Shown piece after piece: positions 18,957-28,529 of a stretch of 34,282 bases of DNA. Under the pieces are notes generated by a model that worked only from the letters and a program-made list of their open reading frames with translations, did no database searches and was not told the DNA's origin. The first letter of the stretch is position 1; every line of letters begins with the position of its first letter. Both the position numbers and the translations under genes were made by a program. The DNA comes from a virus: the UHGV virus genome UHGV-0276200. The stretch is one strand, 5' to 3'.

Positions 18957-19089
18957 CGGTGATCTGAACGCATTGCTGGATGAAACGGAGGCCGCCTGGG
19001 CGGTCTGTGCAGACAAAGTGGACATGATTATTGCGTGTCAGGAGCGAAACAGTGAACAAACCACAATCCCTGCGCCACGCCCTCAATAA
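18799..19089 (+). CDS. lysC: Outer-membrane lipoprotein spanin (LysC/Rz1-like), overlapping lysB in another frame
   Basis: Signal peptide with lipobox LTLSGC; GTG start; embedded in and extending beyond the 3' end of lysB. Confidence 0.6.
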   Translation: MRTRIYAAGLILLCLLTLSGCGNVRHSPEVQLTVSGCPRVTPCRLEQAAPRTNGDLNALLDETEAAWAVCADKVDMIIACQERNSEQTTIPAPRPQ

Positions 19090-19483
19090 AGCAGTGCCTT
19101 ATGTCCGCAATAACCCGGATAAGCTGCATCTGTTTGTGGATAACGGTTCGCTGGTTGCCACGGGGGCCAGCTCCATGTCATGGGAGTACCGTTATACCCT
19201 CAACGTGGTGATTGAGGATTTCAGCGGCGACCAGAATCTGCTGATGGCCCCGGTTTTGCTGTGGCTGCGTGATAACCAGCCCGATGCCATCAATAATCCG
19301 GCGTTACGGGAAAAGTTATTCACCTTTGAGGTGGATATTCTGCGCAACGATGTCTGTGATATCAGCCTCAACCTGCAACTGACGGAACGTGTGCTGGTCA
19401 GCACTGACGGAAGTGTGTCGAGCGTTGAAGCAGTAGCGGAACCCGATGAACCTGAAGAAATGTGGACGGTGAAACGTGGCTGA
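19052..19483 (+). CDS. R: Tail completion protein R
   Basis: GTG at 19052 preceded by AGGAG at 19041-45. The track start at 19031 is a TTG. Confidence 0.7.
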   Translation: MNKPQSLRHALNKAVPYVRNNPDKLHLFVDNGSLVATGASSMSWEYRYTLNVVIEDFSGDQNLLMAPVLLWLRDNQPDAINNPALREKLFTFEVDILRNDVCDISLNLQLTERVLVSTDGSVSSVEAVAEPDEPEEMWTVKRG

Positions 19484-19928
19484 ACTGCAGAAGGTGGACG
19501 ACTGGCTGAGTGCTTTGCTGGCGAATCTGGAACCAGCCGCAAGAAGCCGAATGATGCGCCAGCTGGCGCAGGAACTGCGCCGGACACAGCAGCAGAATAT
19601 CAGGATGCAGCGCAATCCAGATGGCAGCAGTTATGAGCCGCGCAGGGTAACAGCACGCAGCAAGAAGGGGCGCATCAAACGTCAGATGTTTGCAAAGCTG
19701 CGCACCACAAAATACCTGAGAACTGCCGCCAGCGCGGATTCTGCCAGCGTACAGTTTGAAGGTAAGGTACAGCGTATTGCCCGTGTTCATCACTACGGTC
19801 TGCGCGATCGCGTCAGTCCAAAGGGGGGAGTCATTAAGTATCCATCCCGAAAATTGCTGGGTTTAAATGAACATACTGAAAATGAAGTAAGAGATTTACT
19901 TTTAAAGTATTTATTGATGAAAAATTAG
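19476..19928 (+). CDS. S: Tail completion protein S
   Basis: 150 aa (P2 S is 150); GTG start overlapping the R stop. Confidence 0.7.
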   Translation: MAELQKVDDWLSALLANLEPAARSRMMRQLAQELRRTQQQNIRMQRNPDGSSYEPRRVTARSKKGRIKRQMFAKLRTTKYLRTAASADSASVQFEGKVQRIARVHHYGLRDRVSPKGGVIKYPSRKLLGLNEHTENEVRDLLLKYLLMKN

Positions 19929-19933
19929 AATGT

Positions 19934-20464
19934 TTACGCTCTTAATAAACTTAAATAACTTTTTATGCTTTGGCAAAAAGGGAAAAGGTCTATTTTAATT
20001 TTCCAGTTTTTTTTGTTTTGAACCCCAGAAGCAATAATAGAACCGTCCCAATATTTTATTCCATTTTTGCCGGTCTTTTTTGTTAACTCAAAACTTAATG
20101 CGTGAATAATTTTATTGCAGCATTCGCGTATAGAATCTTTAACATGACCATCTATAACAAAAAGTATATTTTCATGTTCTTCAAATGCTTCTTTCTCAGG
20201 TGAGTAATCTGGGTTCCACTCATGTTCACTAGTGTCTTGGAGAATTCGTAGTTTTGTACAAAGGCTAATAAGATTGTTGCTAATGGTATATTCCAACCAT
20301 CCGTTGTACGATAACTCCTCCATTTCAAATTCAGTTACTATAGAACCATCATATACTTTCTGTGTGGAATATATACGCTGTAAATAAAATTCAGATGAAC
20401 AGCATAATTGCTCAATTATTCTTGCGTGTTCTTCTATAGCGTAATAATCAATTGGATGGCTCAT
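19934..20464 (-). CDS. Hypothetical AT-rich moron protein between S and V
   Basis: Antisense to the late operon. ATG at 20464 (MSHPIDYY...) preceded by a GAAAGG RBS. Stop lies 5 bp from the S stop. No domain recognised. Confidence 0.5.
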   Translation of the reverse strand: MSHPIDYYAIEEHARIIEQLCCSSEFYLQRIYSTQKVYDGSIVTEFEMEELSYNGWLEYTISNNLISLCTKLRILQDTSEHEWNPDYSPEKEAFEEHENILFVIDGHVKDSIRECCNKIIHALSFELTKKTGKNGIKYWDGSIIASGVQNKKNWKIKIDLFPFCQSIKSYLSLLRA

Positions 20465-20495
20465 TCTTTTACCTTTCTTTGATTGGAATTGTATT

Positions 20496-20513
20496 TGTGT
20501 CATTTACCACACA
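20496..20513. promoter_or_regulatory. Ogr-type late promoter activator site (TGT-N12-ACA) upstream of V
   Basis: tgtgtcatttaccacaca, about 47 bp upstream of the V start. Confidence 0.45.
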
Positions 20514-20559
20514 AGGACGTATTGATGCCATAGATTCAAGGTCCGTGCAACCTAACCCT

Positions 20560-21138
20560 ATGAACGCACAACTAACCGAAATCATGCGCCTTATCACCAA
20601 CCTGATCCGCACTGGTGTAGTCACCGAAGTGGACCGGGAAAACTGGCTTTGCCGGGTGAAAACGGGCGAGCTTGAAACCAACTGGATCAGCTGGCTGACG
20701 CTGCGTGCCGGGAATGCCCGCACATGGTGGCGACCATCGGAAGGTGAGCAGGTGGTGCTGCTGAGTCTGGGCGGCAATCTGGAAACTGCCTTTGCGCTGC
20801 CCGCTGTCTATTCGAATCAGTTCGCACCACCGTCGACGTCGGCAGACGCCTGCGTGACAGAACATCCTGACGGCGGCTGGTTTGAATACGAACCCACTAC
20901 CGGGCGCTGGTATGTCAGGGGCATCAAATCAATGGTCATTGAGGCCGCTGACAACATCACCATGAAAACCAGTGAGTTTGTACTGGAGGCTGACCGCACG
21001 CGCATTAACAGCGAAGTGGTGATCAATGGTGGCGTTACCCAGGGCGGCGGAGCGATGAGTTCTAACGGGATCGTGGTTGATGCGCATCAGCATACTGACG
21101 TCCTGAAAGGCGGCGACACAACCGGAGGCCCGGTATGA
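20560..21138 (+). CDS. V: Baseplate spike protein (P2 gpV family)
   Basis: ATG at 20560. IRTGVVTEVD...CRVKTGELETNWISWLT...WWRPSEGEQVVLLSLGG aligns with P2 V; the track ORF 20452 is over-extended. Confidence 0.85.
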   Translation: MNAQLTEIMRLITNLIRTGVVTEVDRENWLCRVKTGELETNWISWLTLRAGNARTWWRPSEGEQVVLLSLGGNLETAFALPAVYSNQFAPPSTSADACVTEHPDGGWFEYEPTTGRWYVRGIKSMVIEAADNITMKTSEFVLEADRTRINSEVVINGGVTQGGGAMSSNGIVVDAHQHTDVLKGGDTTGGPV

Positions 21139-21494
21139 CGCTTTATAGCGGGATGAACAATACCAGCGGTAAAGCCATTACTGATATTGATCATCTGCGC
21201 CAGTCGGTGCGGGACATTTTGCTGACGCCGCAGGGTAGCCGCATTGCCCGTCGGGAATATGGTTCCCTGCTGTCGGCACTGATAGACCAGCCACAAAATC
21301 CGGCATTACGCCTGCAGGTCATGTCGGCAGTGTATGTGGCGCTGAGTCGCTGGGAGCCACGGCTGACGCTGGATTCCATCACCATTAACAGCAATTTTGA
21401 CGGTTCAATGGTGGTGGAGCTGACCGGGCGGCGTAATAACGGTGTGCCTGTTTCCCTTTCCGTATCAACAGGAGCAGAGAATGGCAGTGATTGA
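21135..21494 (+). CDS. W: Baseplate wedge protein (P2 gpW, gp25-like)
   Basis: 119 aa (P2 W is about 115); start overlaps the V stop. Confidence 0.8.
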   Translation: MTLYSGMNNTSGKAITDIDHLRQSVRDILLTPQGSRIARREYGSLLSALIDQPQNPALRLQVMSAVYVALSRWEPRLTLDSITINSNFDGSMVVELTGRRNNGVPVSLSVSTGAENGSD

Positions 21495-22389
21495 CCTTTC
21501 GCAGTTGCCTGCGCCGCAGATTGTGGATGTGCCGGACTTTGAGACGCTGCTTGCCGAACGCAAGGCAGAATTTGTGGCGCTTCATCCGAAAGATGAGCAG
21601 GAAGCAGTGATCCGCACGCTGGAACTGGAATCTGAACCCGTCACCAAATTGTTGCAGGAGAATGCTTACCGTGAGTTGCTTCTGCGCCAGCGCATTAACG
21701 AAGCCGCGCAGGCGGTGATGGTGGCTTATGCCATAGGGGGCGATCTGGACCAGCTCGCCGCCAACTACAACGTGAAACGCCTGACGGTGACGCCTGCTGA
21801 TAATGACGCTGTGCCGCCCGTTGCAGCTGTGATGGAAAGCGATGAAGCGTTACGCCTGCGTGTGCCTGCAGCCTTTGAAGGGCTTTCAGTTGCGGGGCCA
21901 ACTGCAGCTTATGAATTTCATGCCCGAAGCGCCGACGGTCGGGTGGCGGATGCCAGTGCAACCAGCCCGGCACCTGCAGAGGTGGTGCTGACTGTCCTTA
22001 GCCGCGAAGGCGATGGAACTGCAGAAAAAGACCTGCTGGACGTGGTGGAAAAAGCTCTGAACAGTGAGAACGTCCGCCCGGTGGCTGACCGTCTTACGGT
22101 TCGCAGCGCAGAAATCATCCCGTATCGCGTGGAAGCCACCATTTTTCTCTATCCGGGACCGGAAGCAGAGCCGGTAATGGCAGCGGCAAAAGCCAGTCTG
22201 CAGAAGTACATTGCCAGCCAGACGAGGCTTGGTCGGGATATTCGCCGTAGCGCCATCTTTGCTGCTCTGCATGTTGAGGGTGTTCAACGTGTGGAACTGG
22301 CTTCTCCGCTGGCGGATGTGGTCCTGAACAAAACACAGGCGGCATCATGTACGCAGTGGAGCGTAACCAACGGAGGAACGGATGAATAG
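21481..22389 (+). CDS. J: Baseplate assembly protein J
   Basis: ATG at 21481 with GGAG RBS gives 302 aa, the same as P2 J. Confidence 0.85.
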   Translation: MAVIDLSQLPAPQIVDVPDFETLLAERKAEFVALHPKDEQEAVIRTLELESEPVTKLLQENAYRELLLRQRINEAAQAVMVAYAIGGDLDQLAANYNVKRLTVTPADNDAVPPVAAVMESDEALRLRVPAAFEGLSVAGPTAAYEFHARSADGRVADASATSPAPAEVVLTVLSREGDGTAEKDLLDVVEKALNSENVRPVADRLTVRSAEIIPYRVEATIFLYPGPEAEPVMAAAKASLQKYIASQTRLGRDIRRSAIFAALHVEGVQRVELASPLADVVLNKTQAASCTQWSVTNGGTDE

Positions 22390-22987
22390 TCTGCTGCCAC
22401 CGGGTTCAACTTCACTGGAGCGCCGACTGGCGCAAACCTGTAGCGGGATTTCTGATCTGCAGGTGCCGCTGCGTGACTTGTGGAATCCGGCTACCTGTCC
22501 GGTCAGCTTCCTGCCTTATCTCGCCTGGGCGTTCTCTGTGGATCGCTGGGACGAGGGCTGGACAGAAAGCGTCAAACGCCAGGTAGTGAAGGATGCTTTT
22601 TATATTCATCAGCATAAAGGAACTACCAGTGCCGTGCGGCGGGTGGTGGAACCGTTCGGATTCCTGATCCGCATTATTGAGTGGTGGCAGACCGGAGAAA
22701 CACCGGGCACGTTTCGCCTGGATATCGGCGTGCAGGACCAGGGCATCACTGAAGATACCTATCTGGAACTTGAGCGGCTGATAAGCGATGCCAAACCATG
22801 TAGCCGTCACATGATCGGCATGTCCATCAATCTGCAGACCAGCGGTCCGCATTGGGTGGGGGCCGCCAGCTATCTTGGCGAAGAAATCACGATCTATCCG
22901 TATATCAACGAAACAATTATTTCCGGCGGCACCGCGCATGAAGGCGGGGCGGTCCATGTTATTGACACAATGAGAGTGAATCCATGA
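22382..22987 (+). CDS. I: Baseplate protein I
   Basis: 201 aa in the I position, overlapping the J stop and H start. Confidence 0.8.
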   Translation: MNSLLPPGSTSLERRLAQTCSGISDLQVPLRDLWNPATCPVSFLPYLAWAFSVDRWDEGWTESVKRQVVKDAFYIHQHKGTTSAVRRVVEPFGFLIRIIEWWQTGETPGTFRLDIGVQDQGITEDTYLELERLISDAKPCSRHMIGMSINLQTSGPHWVGAASYLGEEITIYPYINETIISGGTAHEGGAVHVIDTMRVNP

Positions 22988-24405
22988 GCACAAAATTTTA
23001 TACCCTGCTGACGGATATTGGCGCGGCGAAACTTGCCAGCGCCGCCGCGCTCGGTGTGCCGCTAAAAATTACCCATATGGCGGTGGGCGATGGCGGCGGA
23101 ACATTGCCAACGCCGGACGCCAAGCAGACAGCATTGGTAAATGAGAAACGCCGGGCTGCGCTGAATATGCTCTATATCGACCCGCAGAACAGCAGCCAGA
23201 TTATTGCTGAACAGGTGATCCCTGAAAACGAGGGCGGTTGGTGGATACGTGAAGTGGGCCTGTTTGATGAGTCCGGGGCATTGATTGCCGTGGGCAACTG
23301 CCCGGAAAGCTATAAGCCGCAACTGGCTGAAGGCAGCGGGCGTACCCAGACCGTGCGCATGGTGCTGATTACCAGCAGCACGGACAATATCACCCTGAAA
23401 ATCGACCCTGCCGTAGTGCTGGCAACCCGCAAGTATGTGGATGACAAGGTACTGGAGCTGAAGGTGTACGTGGATGATCAGATGGCAAAACATCTTGCCG
23501 CACCGGACCCGCATTCACAGTATGCACCCAAAGAAAGTCCGACGTTTACCGGGACACCAAAAGCGCCAACTCCAGCGGCAGGGAATAACACCACGCAGGT
23601 TGCGACCACCGCGTTTGTTCAGGCGGCACTGACGGCTCTTATTAATGGTGCGCCAGCCACGCTGGACACGCTGAAAGAAATAGCCGCAGCCATTAACAAT
23701 GATCCGAATTTCAGTACCACCATTAACAATGCGCTGGCACTGAAAGCGCCGTTGTCGAGTCCGGCACTCACCGGAACGCCAACAGCCCCCACTGCTGCAC
23801 AGTCGGTCAACAATACACAGATTGCCACCACGGCTTTTGTGAAATCGGCGATTGCAGCAATGGTAGGTTCTGCACCTGCGGCACTGGATACACTGAACGA
23901 ACTGGCGTCGGCGTTGGGGAATGATCCGAACTTTGCCACGACAATGCTTAATGCGCTGGCAGGTAAACAACCGCTGGACAATACGCTGACTAATTTGAGT
24001 GGAAAGGATGTCGCTGGTCTTCTCGCATACCTTGGTTTGGGAGAAGCGGCAAAACGGGACGTGGGAACAGGGGAAAATCAGATACCGGATATGGTTTCAT
24101 TTAGTGGTGTGAGGGATTTTTATGGAAAACAACTTTTGCCAGGAGGGTTGATACTCCAGTGGCTGACGATTCCATCAAGTGCAGCAGTCAAAGCTGTAAC
24201 ACTGGATAATGGTAATTATCAGCTGTCAGGCTATAAATGGCCCCAGTCATTTGGTGTCCTGTTTGCTGTGTTTGCCACAAAAGTTTCTGGCTCGACTAAC
24301 GAAGCATACGCAATCTCAGTTAATCGTCACTCTACCGATGTAATTGTCACCTGGAATGCCCGTAAGGCTGATGATGTCCATATTTTAGGAATTGGGAAAT
24401 TATGA
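22984..24405 (+). CDS. H: Tail fibre protein H (constant N-terminal part plus currently expressed variable C-terminus)
   Basis: 473 aa; a collagen-like repeat region followed by a C-terminal receptor-binding part that begins at the inversion crossover (about 24032). Confidence 0.85.
   Translation: MSTKFYTLLTDIGAAKLASAAALGVPLKITHMAVGDGGGTLPTPDAKQTALVNEKRRAALNMLYIDPQNSSQIIAEQVIPENEGGWWIREVGLFDESGALIAVGNCPESYKPQLAEGSGRTQTVRMVLITSSTDNITLKIDPAVVLATRKYVDDKVLELKVYVDDQMAKHLAAPDPHSQYAPKESPTFTGTPKAPTPAAGNNTTQVATTAFVQAALTALINGAPATLDTLKEIAAAINNDPNFSTTINNALALKAPLSSPALTGTPTAPTAAQSVNNTQIATTAFVKSAIAAMVGSAPAALDTLNELASALGNDPNFATTMLNALAGKQPLDNTLTNLSGKDVAGLLAYLGLGEAAKRDVGTGENQIPDMVSFSGVRDFYGKQLLPGGLILQWLTIPSSAAVKAVTLDNGNYQLSGYKWPQSFGVLFAVFATKVSGSTNEAYAISVNRHSTDVIVTWNARKADDVHILGIGKL
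24020..24045. other. Left inversion crossover site (gix/hix-like, 26 bp)
   Basis: TTCTCGCATACC-TT-GGTTTGGGAGAA matches the Mu gix consensus recalled from memory at 18 of 26 positions; inner half and core are identical to the right site in inverted orientation. Confidence 0.55.
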
Positions 24406-24821
24406 AAATGAAATGGTCCCCATCTGTTCAGGGATTTTTCTCTGAAAACAACAGCGATATTCCCGATGATGCTTTCGATATTGAAGATGCTCTTTATTAT
24501 GAACTTATGAATGGTCAGAGTACGGGGAAAATTATTATCAATAGCCCGGATAACTACCCTGTACTTACTGAATATCCAGCGAAGACACATGAACAGGAAA
24601 TAGCTGAAGCGGAGGGAATGAAAAATATACTTATTGAACAGGCCAACGATTATATGAACAGTAAACAATGGCCTGGTAAAGCGGCTATTGGCCGGCTGAA
24701 AGGTGAGGAACTGGCACAATATAATTTGTGGCTGGATTACCTGGACGCACTGGAACTGGTCGATACTTCCGGTGCGCCAGATATTGAATGGCCTACACCT
24801 CCGGTAACTCAGGCCAGCTAA
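24402..24821 (+). CDS. G: Tail fibre assembly protein (P2 gpG / Tfa family)
   Basis: 139 aa. N-terminus and C-terminal motif [12 protein letters not shown] are paralogous to the minus-strand tfa' copy. Confidence 0.75.
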   Translation: MKMKWSPSVQGFFSENNSDIPDDAFDIEDALYYELMNGQSTGKIIINSPDNYPVLTEYPAKTHEQEIAEAEGMKNILIEQANDYMNSKQWPGKAAIGRLKGEELAQYNLWLDYLDALELVDTSGAPDIEWPTPPVTQAS

Positions 24822-25188
24822 TCTCAGGAGCCGTCGAAGTGTCGACGGCTTTTACTTCTTTTTTGTAGTCCATCCAGGCAGATAGTTTTTCTTTATCTGT
24901 ACTGCTGATATCACCAAGCATTAATTCCACCCGCCAGTCAGCTGTGACATTATCGGCATGAGCAAGTAACTGCATTCGCTGATTTTCAGCACGTGCGACA
25001 TAATCAATCGCCGGAGATTTCAGTACCGGTAAACCATTTTCATCTGACGTGATTAATTTCCCCCCTTCCTGCTGTCCGGCAATTAATTCATTGTATAAGT
25101 CTGTACTTATCTCAACAATGTCAGCAGGCATGTCGCTGTTTATACCATCAAAGAAAAAACCATTAGTCGATTTTGAGAAATAAATCAT
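24793..25188 (-). CDS. Alternative tail fibre assembly protein (tfa'), on the inverted arm of the segment
   Basis: ATG at 25188 (MIYFSKSTNGFFFDG...) parallels the G N-terminus; C-terminal [12 protein letters not shown] is conserved. The track start at 25218 is a TTG. Confidence 0.65.
   Translation of the reverse strand: MIYFSKSTNGFFFDGINSDMPADIVEISTDLYNELIAGQQEGGKLITSDENGLPVLKSPAIDYVARAENQRMQLLAHADNVTADWRVELMLGDISSTDKEKLSAWMDYKKEVKAVDTSTAPEISWPELPEV
24830..24865 (+). terminator. Possible terminator hairpin downstream of G, lying inside the 3' coding end of tfa'
   Basis: GCCGTCGA-AGTG-TCGACGGC (8-bp stem) followed by TTTTACTTCTTTTTTG. Confidence 0.3.
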
Positions 25189-25196
25189 AGATATAC

Positions 25197-25563
25197 CTAT
25201 ACACCGATTGCTACCCAAAAACAGGACCTTTCATATTTGACAATTTCTCCCTGAGATATACCGCCAACAATTATATAGAACTGTGATTTGCTGATATCAG
25301 AACAGTTCGCTATGCCCATTGCAGATATACCAGCCACCGACGTTGTATGTGGCACAGCCAACAGCGCAAGTGAACGATTTGGGAATGTTACCGGGTAAGT
25401 CACCGTATAGTTTGATGCTCCACTGACAATACCCCACTGAATAATCAGACCTGAAGGGAGTTTTTGAAAACCCGTTGATGAAAGTGAACTGGCAAACGCC
25501 GCCATATCCGGAATTTGGTTTTGCTCGTTACCCACATTTCGTTTTGCCGCTTCTCCCAAACCA
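25197..25563 (-). CDS. Alternative tail fibre C-terminal segment (Hv'), with no own start; fused in frame to constant H after inversion
   Basis: The minus-strand frame reads ...[21 protein letters not shown]..., sharing GLGEAAKR and the same codon phase with H at the crossover. Confidence 0.6.
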
Positions 25564-25576
25564 ACGTTTATGAAAA
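25551..25576. other. Right inversion crossover site (gix/hix-like, 26 bp)
   Basis: TTCTCCCAAACC-AA-CGTTTATGAAAA matches the reverse gix consensus at 17 of 26 positions; core dinucleotide AA is complementary to TT at the left site. Confidence 0.55.
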
Positions 25577-25631
25577 TGCAGAGATAACGGCTAACTGGCA
25601 TCATCTCCGGTTTTTATTCAGGGGGATGATC

Positions 25632-26198
25632 ATGCTTATTGGCTATGTACGCGTGTCAACAAATGACCAGAACACCGATTTGCAACGTAATGCACTGAAC
25701 TGCGCGGGATGTGAGCGGATTTTTGAGGATAAAATCAGTGGCACTAAGTCCGACAGACCGGGGCTGAAAAAGCTGCTCAGGACACTATCGGCAGGAGACA
25801 CGCTGGTTGTCTGGAAGCTGGACAGGTTGGGGCGCAGTATGCGGCATCTTGTTACGCTGATAGAGGAGTTGCGCCAGCGTGGTGTGAATTTCCGAAGCCT
25901 GACTGACAGTATTGATACCAGTACCCCAATGGGCCGTTTCTTTTTTCATGTCATGGGTGCCCTGGCTGAAATGGAACGCGAACTGATAGTTGAACGTACC
26001 AGGGCAGGGCTGGCTGCAGCTCGTGCCAAAGGCAGAGTAGGTGGACGCCGTCCTAAGTTGACCACCGAACAGTGGGCACAGATTGGGCGTTTACTCGAGG
26101 CCGGAGAATCAAGACAGCGTATTGCACTGATTTTTGATGTGGGTGTTTCCACAATTTATAGAAAATTTCCGGCAAATAAGAGTAATGAATCCCCCTGA
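25632..26198 (+). CDS. gin: Serine DNA invertase (Gin/Hin/Cin/Pin family)
   Basis: MLIGYVRVSTNDQNTDLQRNAL...VVWKLDRLGRSM...FFHVMGALAEMERELI is near-identical to Mu Gin across the catalytic domain, with a C-terminal HTH. The track ORF 25515 is over-extended. Confidence 0.92.
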   Translation: MLIGYVRVSTNDQNTDLQRNALNCAGCERIFEDKISGTKSDRPGLKKLLRTLSAGDTLVVWKLDRLGRSMRHLVTLIEELRQRGVNFRSLTDSIDTSTPMGRFFFHVMGALAEMERELIVERTRAGLAAARAKGRVGGRRPKLTTEQWAQIGRLLEAGESRQRIALIFDVGVSTIYRKFPANKSNESP

Positions 26199-26246
26199 AT
26201 CAGCATTATTTTGATTATCCCTGCAAGTAGACAAATACCGTCATTT

Positions 26247-26264
26247 TGTGTGAATAACGGTACA
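26247..26264. promoter_or_regulatory. Ogr-type late promoter activator site (TGT-N12-ACA) upstream of FI
   Basis: tgtgtgaataacggtaca, about 77 bp upstream of the FI start. Confidence 0.45.
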
Positions 26265-26340
26265 ACTGCGCTTAGCTGTTTGTCAGGCACAATCACTTCA
26301 ACATAGGGCGAAGCCTAATCCAATCAGGAGGTTCGCCACT

Positions 26341-27513
26341 ATGGCTCAGGATTACCACCACGGGGTGCGCGTTGTTGAAGTCAACGAAGGCACCCGATCC
26401 ATTACCACGGTGAGCACCGCCATCGTGGGCATGGTCTGCACGGGCGATGATGCCGATGCAAAAATGTTTCCTCTTAACAAACCTGTGCTGATCACTGATG
26501 TGCTGACTGCCAGCGGTAAAGCGGGTGAGTCCGGCACGCTGGCCCGTTCGCTGGATGCCATCGCTGACCAGGCAAAACCCGTGACCGTTGTTGTGCGTGT
26601 GCCGCAGGGTGAAACGGAAGAAGAAACCACGACCAATATCATCGGCGCAGTGACTGCTGAAGGTAAAAAAACAGGCATGAAAGCTCTGTTATCTGCCCAG
26701 TCACAGCTCGGCGTTAAACCGCGCATTCTCGGCGTGCCAGGTCACGATAACAAAGCCGTTGCGACTGAGTTGCTGAGCGTGGCGCAAAGCCTGCGTGGGT
26801 TTGCTTACCTGTCAGCGTATGGCTGCAAGACGGTACAGGAGGCGATCACTTACCGTGAAAACTTCAGCCAGCGCGAAGGAATGCTGATCTGGCCCGACTT
26901 TACTGGCTGGGACACGGTGCTGAATGCCGAAGCAACGGCATATGCCACCGCCCGTGCACTTGGTCTGCGTGCCAAAATTGATGAGCAGACCGGGTGGCAC
27001 AAAAGCCTGTCCAACGTGGGCGTGAACGGTGTCACCGGAATTTCTGCAGATGTGTTCTGGGATCTGCAGGACCCGGCAACCGATGCAGGTCTGCTGAACC
27101 AGAACGACGTCACCACGCTTGTGCGTAAAGACGGTTTCCGCTTCTGGGGTTCCCGCTGTCTGAGCGATGATCCGCTTTTTGCCTTCGAAAACTACACCCG
27201 CACGGCGCAGGTGCTGACGGACACAATGGCAGAAGCACACATGTGGGCGGTGGATAAACCGCTTAACCCGTCGCTGGCCCGCGACATTATCGAAGGTATC
27301 CGCGCCAAAATACGCAGCCTGGTCAGTCAGGGCTATCTCATTGGTGGTGATTGCTGGCTGGATGAGTCGGTGAACGACAAAGACACGCTGAAAGCCGGAA
27401 AACTCACCATCGACTATGACTACACGCCAGTGCCGCCACTTGAAAATCTGATGCTGCGCCAGCGCATCACCGATCAGTACCTGGTGAATTTCGCCAGCCA
27501 GGTCAGCGCGTAA
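26341..27513 (+). CDS. FI: Contractile tail sheath protein (P2 gpFI)
   Basis: 390 aa (P2 FI is about 396); AGGAGG RBS. Confidence 0.9.
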   Translation: MAQDYHHGVRVVEVNEGTRSITTVSTAIVGMVCTGDDADAKMFPLNKPVLITDVLTASGKAGESGTLARSLDAIADQAKPVTVVVRVPQGETEEETTTNIIGAVTAEGKKTGMKALLSAQSQLGVKPRILGVPGHDNKAVATELLSVAQSLRGFAYLSAYGCKTVQEAITYRENFSQREGMLIWPDFTGWDTVLNAEATAYATARALGLRAKIDEQTGWHKSLSNVGVNGVTGISADVFWDLQDPATDAGLLNQNDVTTLVRKDGFRFWGSRCLSDDPLFAFENYTRTAQVLTDTMAEAHMWAVDKPLNPSLARDIIEGIRAKIRSLVSQGYLIGGDCWLDESVNDKDTLKAGKLTIDYDYTPVPPLENLMLRQRITDQYLVNFASQVSA

Positions 27514-27522
27514 GGGGACAAC

Positions 27523-28038
27523 ATGGCTTTACCACGCAAATTAAAACATCTGAACCTGTTTAACGACGGGAACAACTGGCAGGGGATCGTTGAGTCGCTG
27601 ACGCTGCCGAAATTCACCCGCAAATATGAGAAGTATCGCGGCGGCGGAATGCCGGGTGCAGTGGATGTGGATCTGGGGCTTGATGACAGTGCGCTGGACA
27701 CAGAATTTTCCATTGGTGGTACTGAACTGCTGCTGTTTAAGCAGATGGGCAAAGCCACGGTAGATGGCATTCAGCTGCGCTTTACCGGCTCTATCCAGCG
27801 TGACGATACCGGGGAAGTGCAGGCCGTGGAGCTTGTGGTGCGTGGACGTCACAAAGAAGTGGATTCCGGCGAGTGGAAGACGGGCGAAAGCAACACCACC
27901 AAAGTGACCAGTACCAACAGCTACGCGAAGCTGACCATCAATGGTGAGGTGCTCTATGAAGTGGACCTTATCAACATGGTGGAAATTGTGGACGGTGTGG
28001 ACCTGATGGAAGCGCACCGCAACGCCCTCGGCCTCTGA
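27523..28038 (+). CDS. FII: Tail tube protein (P2 gpFII)
   Basis: 171 aa (P2 FII is about 172), immediately after the sheath gene. Confidence 0.85.
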   Translation: MALPRKLKHLNLFNDGNNWQGIVESLTLPKFTRKYEKYRGGGMPGAVDVDLGLDDSALDTEFSIGGTELLLFKQMGKATVDGIQLRFTGSIQRDDTGEVQAVELVVRGRHKEVDSGEWKTGESNTTKVTSTNSYAKLTINGEVLYEVDLINMVEIVDGVDLMEAHRNALGL

Positions 28039-28092
28039 TGTATCTGAACGGCGCGGGATACCGCGCCAGAACCCAATTTACAGGACAGCAAA

Positions 28093-28395
28093 ATGAGCGA
28101 TAAGCAGACTGAAAAGACTATTCAACTGGATACCCCCATCAAGCGCGGTAAAACAGAAATCACCGAAATTGTGCTGCGTAAACCGCAGTCCGGTGCGCTG
28201 CGCGGTACACGCCTGCAGGCCATTATGGATATGGATGTGAACGCGATGATGACCGTGATCCCCCGTATCTCCAGTCCGGCACTGACTGCACAGGAAATTG
28301 CAGAGATGGACCCGGCAGATCTCACTGCCATGTCGGTTGAGGTTGTCACTTTTTTGTTGAAGAAGTCGGTGCTTGCCGGTTTACCGACAGCCTGA
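28093..28395 (+). CDS. E: Tail assembly chaperone E
   Basis: 100 aa upstream of the tape measure gene; contains the slippery heptamer. Confidence 0.7.
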   Translation: MSDKQTEKTIQLDTPIKRGKTEITEIVLRKPQSGALRGTRLQAIMDMDVNAMMTVIPRISSPALTAQEIAEMDPADLTAMSVEVVTFLLKKSVLAGLPTA

Positions 28396-28529
28396 CGGTT
28401 GACGATCTGGTGGCTGATATCGCCACCATCTTTCACTGGCCGCCATCCGTTACTGACGTTATGCCGCTGACCGAAGTGCTGGAATGGCGGTATAAAGCGA
28501 TTCAGAGAAGCGGGGCCAACGATGAGTGA
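28093..28529 (+). CDS. E': Tail assembly chaperone E+E' (-1 programmed frameshift product)
   Basis: Slippery T TTT TTG at 28350..28356; the -1 frame stays open to TGA at 28527-28529, overlapping the T start at 28522. Confidence 0.6.

Larger units (their letters stand above)
24033..25563. mobile_element. Invertible tail-fibre segment (G/C-segment-like), about 1.5 kb
   Basis: Flanked by 25-bp perfect inverted repeats (24032..24056 and 25540..25564). Contains Hv plus tfa on the plus strand and tfa' plus Hv' on the minus strand; a Gin-like invertase is adjacent. Confidence 0.65.

Noticed and set aside
20452-20559. N-terminal extension of V in the track ORF (start 20452)
   Set aside because: Homology to P2 V begins at the ATG at 20560; the extension is hydrophobic junk and overlaps the moron start and the late-promoter dyad.
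25515-25631. N-terminal extension of the invertase in the track ORF (start 25515)
   Set aside because: Gin-family proteins start at MLIGY (25632); the upstream region contains the crossover site.
28045-28062. Hairpin GGCGCG-GGATAC-CGCGCC between FII and E
   Set aside because: No T-run follows; it could be an attenuator or RNA structure but cannot be supported as a terminator.
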